Positions 29,295-38,193 are shown, numbered from the stretch's first letter. The stretch is 64,000 nt of DNA from an uncultured virus (IMG/VR IMGVR_UViG_3300023371_000086) (IMGVR_UViG_3300023371_000086); one strand, 5' to 3'. Notes: generated from the letters alone by a model not told the origin. Translations and numbers: made by a program.

Positions 29295-29666
29295 TTAGAC
29301 ATCATCCGGCAGAGACATCATCAACTGCTGGAATGGATTGACTTCAACCTTCTGTTCGATCTGCTCAACATATCCTCTCTTCTTGCCCTTGGTCTTCAAG
29401 AAGAAAATGATTGCCGTCATGTCGTTATTGAGGATTGCCTGCTTCAACTTTGTCTCAACCATGTCTATGTTGCTCTCCTCAGCATCTTCTATCGCCTCTC
29501 TGAACTTGGGATTTCTTTCCATCCAGTAATAGAAGTTTCTTCTTGACATACCGACCTTCTCACAAGTGTGCGATATGTTGCACAATCCAGGACCTCCGTA
29601 GAGTTCAATAAACTTTTTCTGCTTCTTTGTAAGTTTGACAGCAGATTTTTCAACTACCTCTTTCAT
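29295..29666 (-). CDS. terS: Terminase small subunit (HTH)
   Basis: NISHTCEKVGMSRRNFYYW HTH; AIIFFLKTKGKKRGY; upstream of terL. Confidence 0.8.
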   Translation of the reverse strand: MKEVVEKSAVKLTKKQKKFIELYGGPGLCNISHTCEKVGMSRRNFYYWMERNPKFREAIEDAEESNIDMVETKLKQAILNNDMTAIIFFLKTKGKKRGYVEQIEQKVEVNPFQQLMMSLPDDV

Positions 29667-29858
29667 AAAAATGCTCTCGTATTACTTTGGGGTTATAAGC
29701 GGCGCCAACCGCATATAACCCAATGTTGAATCTAACCCAAAACTAATAACTATCCGTCCTTCACAGGAGGGTTTTTGAGAGAGTAGTGCAACCCAATGCA
29801 ATACTCCCAACAGGAAGGCTCTCTGAGCTTTCACCGCTATCCAGCAGGTGTCCTATTG

Positions 29859-29945
29859 CGGAAGGAGAGAGATTCGAACTCTCGGAACATTCACATGTTC
29901 GCCTCCTTAGCAGAGAGGTGGTTTAAGCCACTCACCCATCCTTCC
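29859..29945 (-). tRNA. tRNA-Ser(GCT)
   Basis: Acceptor GGAAGGA/TCCTTCC with G discriminator, D-loop GAGTGGCTTAA, anticodon loop CTGCTAA, long variable arm GAACAT/ATGTTC, T-loop GTTCGAATC; CCA not encoded. Confidence 0.93.
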
Positions 29946-30033
29946 TTTGGGGAGCCGACTTCCCCGATGATTTTGAACACTTATAAACAATGGCATTTTT
30001 CCTAACTTGGTCTATATTTGTCGGCTTCTTTCA

Positions 30034-30666
30034 TCAAAATAGTGTTGGAGAACCATCATTCTTCCTCTCGTCATTTCTGTAAGCTTTGTCTGTTGCCGGC
30101 AGATCCTCCCTCTCAATTCCGTAGACATTGTCAATCTTCCAGGCAATTCTTTCAAGCTCCTCCTCACCTTTTACCTTGTTGGCATTGGTTATCTTGCAAC
30201 TTTCCTTGTAGAAATAATCAAGCCCTCTACCCATAGCCTTTCCTCTCCTGGTATGCATGTCGAAAGCCCAATTTGGAATCTCCTTCATTTCCTCTCTGTT
30301 CTGTTGCCAATAAACAGTGATTGCATGATCAATGAATCTTGACTTCCTACTATTGACAAGAACTGCTATTGCGTGAGTAAAAGGCAGCTTCTTGGCTCCA
30401 ATATCTTTTCGCATTGTCAAGTAGTCAAACGACTGCTTCAATGCCATAATCTGAACCACACAACTTGGCTCGCCTAGACCTACATCCTCACTGGCCATGA
30501 TAATCATTCGCTTCCAAGCATACTCCTCATAGTTGCTTTCATACAGCTCGATTCCCCAATACATCGCATCTTCAAGAAGCCCCCTTCTTATGGACTTCTG
30601 AAAAGCCGAAGCGACTTCGTAAAAGTCATAACCTTTCTTCGTAAGTCTCTGATAACTATCTCCCAT
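30034..30666 (-). CDS. Stand-alone MgsA/RarA C-terminal-like domain protein
   Basis: YEVASAFQKSIRRG...AMYW...KRMIIMASEDVGLG...A...KS; no Walker A. Confidence 0.75.
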   Translation of the reverse strand: MGDSYQRLTKKGYDFYEVASAFQKSIRRGLLEDAMYWGIELYESNYEEYAWKRMIIMASEDVGLGEPSCVVQIMALKQSFDYLTMRKDIGAKKLPFTHAIAVLVNSRKSRFIDHAITVYWQQNREEMKEIPNWAFDMHTRRGKAMGRGLDYFYKESCKITNANKVKGEEELERIAWKIDNVYGIEREDLPATDKAYRNDERKNDGSPTLF

Positions 30667-30697
30667 AACTCATTAAACTTTAATTGATTAGCTTCTA

Positions 30698-30730
30698 TAA
30701 AGTTACGAAATATATTGTTTCAACGAGCCA
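30698..30730 (-). promoter_or_regulatory. Phage promoter, TGGCTCGTTG-N15-TAACTTTA class
   Basis: Exact box and spacing. Confidence 0.7.
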
Positions 30731-30745
30731 TGACACTCTTTAAAA

Positions 30746-31489
30746 TTAGTATGGAATGACAAGGGTTCTCTGGAACTCAGACTTTCTCTTTGCAAGCATC
30801 GTATCCTCTTTCAGCCTTATGGCATCACCAAACATTCTGCGAAGAAAAAGAGTATCCTCCATCTCCTGCTTGTTGGTTCTTGTGTTGGCACATCCTCCAG
30901 TGTTTCCAAAGGTCTTCTGACCAACTGCACTGAATCTCTTGTCAATCCAACAGTATCTATGAACATAGGCGTTGTAGGCAGAAATCCAGTAGTCTTCACT
31001 CACCTTTGCCATTTCATGGAAGAACAGCTTAGAACCTTCAAGTAGACCTATATCTCCATTAAGTATTCCGGTAAGGTGGATTGGGTGATTCTCATCATAT
31101 GCAAGAGGATTGCACTCCTTACTGATTCCAAACAGGAAGCATCCTGCCATCTTTGCACAGTTGCCTATATACTGAATGATGTCGTATGCTTCATCCTTAT
31201 CAAGCACTGCATCTTCTCCTTTCTCCACATACAATCTTCCAAGATGTTTGATGTCATCGTCGATTTGGAACGAATTTTTAAAATGCTCATATATGAACTG
31301 CCTCTTGAGAGTGAGACCCTTAAGACTATCGGGATGTGTCAATATCTCCATTCCTTGATTATGCTCACGATATGCAGACTCCTCAGATTCAGGTACACAC
31401 AGCACTGCGTTACTAATGGCGTTCTTTGTGAGAACTCTATCTGCCCTTCCCATTGACGGAATGACAATCTTTATATCTACAGCAGACAT
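30746..31489 (-). CDS. GT-A fold glycosyltransferase (GREB1-like / TET-associated TAGT family)
   Basis: IVIPSMGRA, QIDDDI, SEDY and NTGGC motifs. Confidence 0.75.
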   Translation of the reverse strand: MSAVDIKIVIPSMGRADRVLTKNAISNAVLCVPESEESAYREHNQGMEILTHPDSLKGLTLKRQFIYEHFKNSFQIDDDIKHLGRLYVEKGEDAVLDKDEAYDIIQYIGNCAKMAGCFLFGISKECNPLAYDENHPIHLTGILNGDIGLLEGSKLFFHEMAKVSEDYWISAYNAYVHRYCWIDKRFSAVGQKTFGNTGGCANTRTNKQEMEDTLFLRRMFGDAIRLKEDTMLAKRKSEFQRTLVIPY

Positions 31490-31490
31490 A

Positions 31491-32117
31491 CTACTTCTCC
31501 TCCCATTGTTTGCGGAACTTGTCTACATCTATGACCATAGCCTTTCCTGTTCTTGAATTCTTGTAAGACTGACACTTCTCTATGCCTAGCACTGTCTCAA
31601 GGAAAGCTGTATCAATACTATTCTTCGATACGATTATAACTGCATCGTACTTCTCAGAGAACTTAGGAACTAGAGGATACACACAAGTGGCATTACTCTC
31701 CTTGTGGAACTTCTCCTCAAACTCAGTCATGAATGCCTTAAGCTCCTCCTCTTTGAAGCCTATGCCTAACAGCATATCTTTTTTGAAGTACTTTGCAAGG
31801 AGGTCATGGTCTATGCTTGCTGTATTCTTCGACAACCTGGCATTGAGTTCCATTTCTTCATCCGGATATGAGCAATACACTTCAACACAAGGCAGCTTGG
31901 TGTATCCAAGCTTCTTTGCTACTCTCAATCTCTGATGACCACCGACAATGACATTCTCTCTACCTTCTTGCATATTGACGATTATCGGATCAACGAATCC
32001 GAACTTCTTGATACTGTCCTCTATGCCCTTCTCCTCTTTTGGAGTACACTTCTTTGGATTGTACTCTGCCGGCTTTAGGGTGTCTATGTCCTTATAGACT
32101 ATCTTCATTTCTTCCAT
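31491..32117 (-). CDS. ParB N-terminal (ParB/Srx) domain protein
   Basis: LKPAEYNP, SIKKFGFVDPIIVN, VGGHQRL. Confidence 0.88.
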   Translation of the reverse strand: MEEMKIVYKDIDTLKPAEYNPKKCTPKEEKGIEDSIKKFGFVDPIIVNMQEGRENVIVGGHQRLRVAKKLGYTKLPCVEVYCSYPDEEMELNARLSKNTASIDHDLLAKYFKKDMLLGIGFKEEELKAFMTEFEEKFHKESNATCVYPLVPKFSEKYDAVIIVSKNSIDTAFLETVLGIEKCQSYKNSRTGKAMVIDVDKFRKQWEEK

Positions 32118-33154
32118 AACTTATTAGCTTTAGCGATGAACTTGTATGAGTTGACCATCCATTCTTTCAGACCGAACACATTCATCATCGAATACATCAA
32201 ATGACGGTACGACCTTACAAACAGGAACAGATAAATGCTTAAGAATCCAACATACGAAAAGAGGGTGTGGTATAGTGTTGGATATGACAATAACGGACAG
32301 ATTAAGACAAGACACATAAGCCATAGGCATCTGAATGTGCTCAATGTCTTTTTAAGAGCCTCCAGAGCCATTCCATTGTATCCTCCGGAATACGCCACAC
32401 ACATATTAACAGCTCGTCTTGCTTCATCCTTTACATCAAATGACATTCTTTCAGTATTGATGTGAACCAGCGGGTCATAAATATCTATACAGTCTCCAAC
32501 TTTGGGATATATGAAAGAACCTTCCTTGAAATAGAAGTCACACTGCGAACCTCTCCTAATCTGACAGCATACTCCTTTGTCTGCATCCAATGTGACGTAC
32601 TCAGATATGTACTTATCCATAGTCAGCACCATCAGAAAGTTCGGATACTCAATCACAAGAGCATCATTGTTCATATACTCTCCAACATTATCTGACACAA
32701 GGTTGTCTCCGGATACCATTTCAAGATTACCATCGGAATAGTGCTTCCAAATATGTACAATCTTACTTGGATTAAGCACTATATGCTTGCTGAACTTATT
32801 GAGGTACACAGCAACATGATCGTAAGCTTTCCAACGCCTCTCAAACTGTCCAACAATATCATATTCGAAGCTATCACGTGAGAAGTCAATAGCATCACGC
32901 TTCTTGAGATTCATGGTAGAAACCCCTCTCTCAACAAGTGTGACTATTCCATTTACAGGAGACACTATCCTAGGAAGCGTAAAGCTTTCATTACGGACTT
33001 CCAGGCTTGACAGATAGAATAGGATATCATCCAAGTAGTTGTTCATCCATAAAACACCTAAACAGGTCAAAATTCCTGCAAACGGATGCATCAGCAAAGA
33101 CACCGGAAGAACTATAGCTACTATGTATCTTAGTATGTTTGCAAACTTTGTCAT
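32105..33154 (-). CDS. Phosphatidylserine-decarboxylase-like pyruvoyl enzyme with N- and C-terminal TM segments
   Basis: IVSPVNG (cf. SPADG), VYLNKFSKHIVLNP (cf. IFMSxxNVHVNRxP), QIRRGSQCDFY (cf. IRFGSRVD cleavage motif). Confidence 0.65.
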   Translation of the reverse strand: MTKFANILRYIVAIVLPVSLLMHPFAGILTCLGVLWMNNYLDDILFYLSSLEVRNESFTLPRIVSPVNGIVTLVERGVSTMNLKKRDAIDFSRDSFEYDIVGQFERRWKAYDHVAVYLNKFSKHIVLNPSKIVHIWKHYSDGNLEMVSGDNLVSDNVGEYMNNDALVIEYPNFLMVLTMDKYISEYVTLDADKGVCCQIRRGSQCDFYFKEGSFIYPKVGDCIDIYDPLVHINTERMSFDVKDEARRAVNMCVAYSGGYNGMALEALKKTLSTFRCLWLMCLVLICPLLSYPTLYHTLFSYVGFLSIYLFLFVRSYRHLMYSMMNVFGLKEWMVNSYKFIAKANKLWKK

Positions 33155-34005
33155 TTCACAACCTCCTCTACTTTTATGAGTAATTCTTCGAATGTATGCC
33201 AGCCTTCGTCATAGTCATTAACTGACATTTCAACATCATTTAACAGACAGAACGGATTGTAGCCTCTAAGTATGTTTACAAGCGATGTTCCGGAAATCCT
33301 CTTGCTTCCCTCAATGTAGTACAACTTTCCGCTATGGTCTTCAACGACCTGAATGTGACATGGGCCTCTGAACATTCCAAGCACATCGGCATTCACAACA
33401 TCACGTGCGAACCTAGCCACTTTATGACCATCGAACAAAAACCTTATGTACCTATCGTATCCTGCTCTCAGTTTCACCTCTCTTGGGTATAACTGCACAA
33501 CTTCTCCGTCTTGATCGACAAACATATCAACAACATATTCGTGAGCGATGTCAATCCTTTGCTGTACACAATAGTCATCAAGGTTCATTATGCCCTTACT
33601 TCCTGCAGACATCGTATTGGGCTTTACAATAACTTCATCTGCCATCAATGTCTTAGGAACAGAGACTCCTCTACTTTCAAGCATGGCTGTAACGAATCTC
33701 TTGTCATACATTTCCTGGCCGACACAATTAAACCACTCACCTGCTCCATATTTACATCCTCTCTGCCTTGTAAGTTCATCAGCAGGGAAGACGACAAATT
33801 CTCCTAGATACTCACGAATCAGAACACTAGCACACAATGTCTTTACAGAATCATATCTTTCATTATTGGTAGCATGGAAAACCTTGTCATCATCCACCAT
33901 AAAAAGATTATCGTCACATTTAGCAAGCTTCTTATATTGCCTAAAAAACATCAGTGCAGAAAGACCTGCCCTGCTTCCAGCTTCAAATACAACCCAGTTT
34001 TTCAT
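33151..34005 (-). CDS. ATP-grasp ligase
   Basis: DK...GVSVPKT, VIVKP...GSKGI, VQQRI...EYVVD, GPCHIQ, YIEGSKRISG. Confidence 0.82.
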   Translation of the reverse strand: MKNWVVFEAGSRAGLSALMFFRQYKKLAKCDDNLFMVDDDKVFHATNNERYDSVKTLCASVLIREYLGEFVVFPADELTRQRGCKYGAGEWFNCVGQEMYDKRFVTAMLESRGVSVPKTLMADEVIVKPNTMSAGSKGIMNLDDYCVQQRIDIAHEYVVDMFVDQDGEVVQLYPREVKLRAGYDRYIRFLFDGHKVARFARDVVNADVLGMFRGPCHIQVVEDHSGKLYYIEGSKRISGTSLVNILRGYNPFCLLNDVEMSVNDYDEGWHTFEELLIKVEEVVK

Positions 34006-34643
34006 GACTTCATCTTCTGTATGTAAAACAATTCTGCGTAATCAGCTCCACACTCTCTACCTCTAATGGCAGCAAGGGAACGGATGCCTTCTTCATTGAT
34101 TGGAGACGGAGCCTTTCTGATCTGACTCTCGTACTTCTCCATCAAATCACATTTAGCATCAATGACATCACCTATATCGTGATACCACCTACCTCCGTCA
34201 ATTATTTCTCCTGGCTCAAGACATGGATACTCATACAATGCGACCATCTTAGGGACATAACCTTCCCTCTGTCTCATTGAAGCCATTGCACATTCGTACA
34301 ACTTCTTGTGGTCTTGGTGGTGTGATGTGCAGTTAATGAAAACCTCATCTGGTCTATATTCATCCACTTCCTTGTCTATCGCACTTATAATCGAACGACT
34401 AGGGACAGTGTCTAACTCTGCATCTTTTCCGTAGAACAGAACTTTGTAGGTTGCTTTGAGATTTTGGACGACAGACATCACCTCCAACTCCCTTGTGTTA
34501 GAATTCTGACGGATGTCTTCTCCACCTATGGCACCATAGATTATGTAGATGCTGTTACCTTTTTGACTTTCATGCAAAAGATAACCTCCTACTCCAAGCA
34601 CCTCGTCATCTGCATGGGGTGCTATCACCAATATCTTCTTCAT
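34002..34643 (-). CDS. PIG-L / LmbE family N-acetylhexosamine deacetylase
   Basis: APHADDE, R..E, HHQDH, YE, K...YESQ, YAELF motifs. Confidence 0.9.
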   Translation of the reverse strand: MKKILVIAPHADDEVLGVGGYLLHESQKGNSIYIIYGAIGGEDIRQNSNTRELEVMSVVQNLKATYKVLFYGKDAELDTVPSRSIISAIDKEVDEYRPDEVFINCTSHHQDHKKLYECAMASMRQREGYVPKMVALYEYPCLEPGEIIDGGRWYHDIGDVIDAKCDLMEKYESQIRKAPSPINEEGIRSLAAIRGRECGADYAELFYIQKMKS

Positions 34644-34658
34644 AACTTAACTTTTGCA

Positions 34659-34697
34659 CAAAAATAGCCAAAGTGTTGCAATTTACAACACTTTGGC
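34659..34697 (-). promoter_or_regulatory. Promoter with palindromic operator (modification operon)
   Basis: TATTTTTG at 34659-34666; GCCAAAGTGTTG-N7-CAACACTTTGGC. Confidence 0.7.
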
Positions 34698-34728
34698 AAC
34701 AAATTGTGCTCAAAACAAGCAGTTATCT

Positions 34729-35049
34729 CTATTTTACGACCTTTAGCCTTGATGCTATTATTTCGTAAAAATTCTTCTTCTCACCGGAAGCCGATGTGTA
34801 CTGAGTCGATCTCATTCGTCCTTCAACATACACGGATGTGCCCCTATCTATGCTTTCCAGGCTGTCTTCGCTCTCGCTCTGCCAGCAAACCACATTGTGC
34901 CATGTGACTTCACATGCAGGAGAGCTTCCTGGCATCTGCTTAAGATACTCTGTAGCAACCGACAGGTTAACCACCTTAGTTCCGTGAATTTCACTGAGCC
35001 TTACAGCTCCCACTGTTCCTCTAATCTGAATTCTATTCAAATATTCCAT
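34729..35049 (-). CDS. ssb: Single-stranded DNA-binding protein (OB fold, no acidic tail)
   Basis: LNRIQIRG, SVAT, TWHNVVCW, GTSVYVEGRMR, EIIA. Confidence 0.88.
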   Translation of the reverse strand: MEYLNRIQIRGTVGAVRLSEIHGTKVVNLSVATEYLKQMPGSSPACEVTWHNVVCWQSESEDSLESIDRGTSVYVEGRMRSTQYTSASGEKKNFYEIIASRLKVVK

Positions 35050-35057
35050 AACTTACT

Positions 35058-35324
35058 TTATTTACTGAATAATCTCTTATAGGTTTCGAAATTCCTCTCC
35101 TCGTATGGGATGTCCTCCTGGTATCTTGTAGACCTCTGCAACCATTCATCGTAACACTCCTTGCAGAACCACTGATTTAGGACTGCTATGTAGTAACCAA
35201 CTTCCGGGGAACTCATGCAGCTATCGCATACTCCAATGCACCCATACTGAGCTAACTTACTTACCATCTCGGCTCTTGTAATCTCCATGACAAGAAAGCC
35301 TTTTTCATTCTTCACTTCTTTCAT
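35058..35324 (-). CDS. Zinc-finger hypothetical protein
   Basis: CDSC...CKEC. Confidence 0.7.
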   Translation of the reverse strand: MKEVKNEKGFLVMEITRAEMVSKLAQYGCIGVCDSCMSSPEVGYYIAVLNQWFCKECYDEWLQRSTRYQEDIPYEERNFETYKRLFSK

Positions 35325-35326
35325 AA

Positions 35327-35806
35327 CTACTCAATAATTCTTATAGATTCTCCACAGGCAACGTCATCAAGGATATTACCTCCGTCATCTGCCTTCTGCA
35401 TATCCCACAGCTTGTGCCAATTTTCTTTAGATGGATATCCGTGAGGAAATGCCTTCATTCCAAAGTCATTCATTCCAATCTTCTTTAATCCATTCTTATA
35501 AGCAACAAACTGAAGATAATTGGCTATCATTGTACTTATTCCGAAGTTCTCTATGATATTACCCAAATACAGACACAATGCAGGAGAAATCTCAAAAGTA
35601 TGACATGCTTTTATTCTATTCCAGAGAATCGAAGCATAATTATCATTGCTTTCAAGTAGCTTCATCAGCTCCGGATCCTTATTCATATCCTCTTCACGAG
35701 TATGACAAGTAATGAACATTCTCATCTCATCGGTGGTCATTTCTTCTTTCTTGATCGAGGCTACTTCTCTAGCCCAATCTTCTATTGCGTGTGGACTTCT
35801 TTTCAT
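35327..35806 (-). CDS. Hypothetical protein
   Basis: 159 aa ORF in array. Confidence 0.75.
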   Translation of the reverse strand: MKRSPHAIEDWAREVASIKKEEMTTDEMRMFITCHTREEDMNKDPELMKLLESNDNYASILWNRIKACHTFEISPALCLYLGNIIENFGISTMIANYLQFVAYKNGLKKIGMNDFGMKAFPHGYPSKENWHKLWDMQKADDGGNILDDVACGESIRIIE

Positions 35807-35808
35807 AA

Positions 35809-36192
35809 CTATAACTCTTGATAAACTTTTCCGAAAGGCTTACATCTCTTTTCAACGAAATGCTCCCAATCTTTGTACTTTCTAATTGGAGGGATACATC
35901 CCCAATCTTTACCTCCATTGAATGAGAAACTTCTTCTGATAACTTCTTCTGTGATTTCATGTGGGTCAAGACACTTGTCTGAACCGAAACCACTACCCCA
36001 TCCACTGTCTCCTATATGAACTGTTCCTAGCTCAATGCCGGATAAACCAACTTGCATATAACCTATATTCTTTCCATCAGTAATGAAAGCATAATTCCAA
36101 TCCATATCATTGTAGCCATACACCTTGTAACCGAGGGACTTTACCTTTTCTATGGCTTCTTTGAAATAGGCTATCTTGTGTTCTTGTCTCAT
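35809..36192 (-). CDS. Hypothetical protein
   Basis: 127 aa; AGTAAGTT-ATG. Confidence 0.75.
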   Translation of the reverse strand: MRQEHKIAYFKEAIEKVKSLGYKVYGYNDMDWNYAFITDGKNIGYMQVGLSGIELGTVHIGDSGWGSGFGSDKCLDPHEITEEVIRRSFSFNGGKDWGCIPPIRKYKDWEHFVEKRCKPFGKVYQEL

Positions 36193-36200
36193 AACTTACT

Positions 36201-36395
36201 CTATTTTTTACATATCATTTCACTTAACACCTTTGAAACAGCGTCCTGGACATTGCTGACATAAGCATCTATGCCTTCCATCTTTACCTTTACATCATCT
36301 ATGATTGACTCTAAAACATTCTTCCTCATATCATCATCCAGGAAGATTCCAGACAATATCACATCGGTAAGTTCCGATATAACCCTATCTCTCAT
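36201..36395 (-). CDS. Hypothetical protein
   Basis: 64 aa; AGTAAGTT-ATG. Confidence 0.7.
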   Translation of the reverse strand: MRDRVISELTDVILSGIFLDDDMRKNVLESIIDDVKVKMEGIDAYVSNVQDAVSKVLSEMICKK

Positions 36396-36398
36396 AAC

Positions 36399-36641
36399 TT
36401 ACTCCTCCGAATACTCTAAAACCTTACTCTCAACATATCCGTTGATACCTTGATCCTCCATCTCACTCAATCTGCACCAATCATCACTTGGCAAAGCATC
36501 AACAACAATAGCATACACCTGACGTGCTGTCTCTTTGTCGGCAAAGTATCTCTCCTTACGAACTTTGCCATTGGACCATTGTAGCCTGTATAACACGGCT
36601 CCATTTTGAACTTCTTGTGACATCTTATGACCATTTATCAT
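36399..36641 (-). CDS. Hypothetical protein (resembles 16641-16859)
   Basis: 80 aa; shared pattern. Confidence 0.7.
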   Translation of the reverse strand: MINGHKMSQEVQNGAVLYRLQWSNGKVRKERYFADKETARQVYAIVVDALPSDDWCRLSEMEDQGINGYVESKVLEYSEE

Positions 36642-36931
36642 TAAACTTCTCCTCCTGCTCTCATCTTGAAATGGTCAATAACACCGGTGATGCTCTGCAT
36701 TGCATCTGTCTTGCTCATCATTTCATCAATCTCACCTTTTGAACGGTCATCCTGCATCCATTCTCTGAACATCAGAACTACCATATCTCTCAAGTTCTGC
36801 AGCTCTAGCAACGACATCTTATCAAGACCGAAATGATTCATCAACATCTTGATTTCACTGATTGAGGTGATTCCTTTGGTCTCCGGGCGATAATCCCGAA
36901 TGTCCATGATCATCTGAAAATTTGTCTTCAT
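36641..36931 (-). CDS. Hypothetical protein
   Basis: 96 aa; AGTAAGTT-ATG. Confidence 0.7.
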   Translation of the reverse strand: MKTNFQMIMDIRDYRPETKGITSISEIKMLMNHFGLDKMSLLELQNLRDMVVLMFREWMQDDRSKGEIDEMMSKTDAMQSITGVIDHFKMRAGGEV

Positions 36932-36940
36932 AACTTACTT

Positions 36941-37159
36941 TTATTCATTATAGATTATCTCATCTGTCATGTGAGAAAACTCATCTTCTGACAGTTTTAC
37001 AACATCCTTACCAACTCTTCCGGAGAAGTTAACTCTGACCTTGTCGTACACTCCTACTGCCTGCATGTGGATAAGGCTAGCATCCATTTCAGTCTCACAC
37101 TCGACTGCGTAACGCTTCTCATTGTGGGTAAATGTAATGTACATCATGGCTCTATGCAA
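36941..37159 (-). CDS. Hypothetical protein
   Basis: 72 aa ORF in array. Confidence 0.65.
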   Translation of the reverse strand: MHRAMMYITFTHNEKRYAVECETEMDASLIHMQAVGVYDKVRVNFSGRVGKDVVKLSEDEFSHMTDEIIYNE

Positions 37160-37541
37160 TTATTCTTTCTTCTCCTGTAACTCCGTTATAACTGTAGACC
37201 ATGAGGTCGTGACCATTGTTGCCTCCATGGAAATTGTGCTTATACGAAACTCCTATATTGAAACAAACTCCAAGTTCCTCATCCTCATCATTCGGCCACA
37301 CATCCATTCTCAACTCTGCAGAATCGAACAACTGCTTCAAGATTGCGTTTGCTCTCATCTTCTCATCTACATCAGACAAAGTATCAACAACTTTAATATA
37401 GTTATCTCCATTATAGAGACGTTCTACATTAAACTCCAGATTCACCTTTACTCCAAGCGTCTTCTTGATAGCCTTCTCAAGCTTCGACTTACACTCGCTT
37501 TCAATGAAAGCAACAATCTTATTTGCATACTCTGTTCTCAT
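37152..37541 (-). CDS. Hypothetical protein
   Basis: 129 aa; AGTAAGTT-ATG; first gene after promoter 37592-37624. Confidence 0.75.
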   Translation of the reverse strand: MRTEYANKIVAFIESECKSKLEKAIKKTLGVKVNLEFNVERLYNGDNYIKVVDTLSDVDEKMRANAILKQLFDSAELRMDVWPNDEDEELGVCFNIGVSYKHNFHGGNNGHDLMVYSYNGVTGEERIIA

Positions 37542-37591
37542 AACTTACTCTATTTTGATTTAACTTAATGATTACTAATTGATTACATTTG

Positions 37592-37624
37592 TAAAGGTAG
37601 TCAAGAAAATAATATGCCGAGCCA
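37592..37624 (-). promoter_or_regulatory. Variant phage promoter TGGCTCGGCA-N15-TACCTTTA
   Basis: Same spacing, 7/10 match to the box. Confidence 0.6.
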
Positions 37625-37719
37625 TTGATAATCAATATTTTACATAAAAATTGCAAGTTTTTACAGAATGTCGCAAATGACACACAACATACTCTGTAAA
37701 GACTTGCAATCACATAAAA

Positions 37720-38193
37720 TTAAGACCTCTGACCTGTTGTTCCGAAGCCTCCATCACGTTCAGTCTCCGAAAGGGATTCTGCTTCTATAAGCTCAATCTC
37801 CGGAACATCAACAATCCTCATCTGCGAGATCCTTGAGCCTTTCTTGAAATACCACTTACACCCATAGAGGAGATGACCGTAATTTCTCACCCGCAATATT
37901 GTCCCAACATTACCCCTATAGTTGCTGTCTACTAAGCCAATCCTGACATCAGCATCGATGTAGCGAGATTCCCCTTTGTCATTGAACACCTCTATGCCTT
38001 TCGAAGAACATCCGCTTCTAGGCTGAATGATAGCAGCCTTACCTTTAGGCAACTCTATGGCAAACTTCATATTAATAATCTGTCTGCCGGACATCACTTC
38101 TACATTTTCTGGAACATACAGGTCAAATGCTGCATCTCCAACGTGCTGCTTCTTTGGCATCATGCCACCGTTTAGTTTTACTTTCACTTCCAT
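37720..38193 (-). CDS. dut: Trimeric dUTPase
   Basis: AAFDL, PRSG, GLVDSNYRG, RISQM, RDGGFGTTG motifs. Confidence 0.93.
   Translation of the reverse strand: MEVKVKLNGGMMPKKQHVGDAAFDLYVPENVEVMSGRQIINMKFAIELPKGKAAIIQPRSGCSSKGIEVFNDKGESRYIDADVRIGLVDSNYRGNVGTILRVRNYGHLLYGCKWYFKKGSRISQMRIVDVPEIELIEAESLSETERDGGFGTTGQRS

Noticed and set aside
15162..37624. CAACGAGCCA repeats as a CRISPR array
   Set aside because: Only 10 bp, kilobases apart, always at a fixed distance from a -7 element; no cas genes
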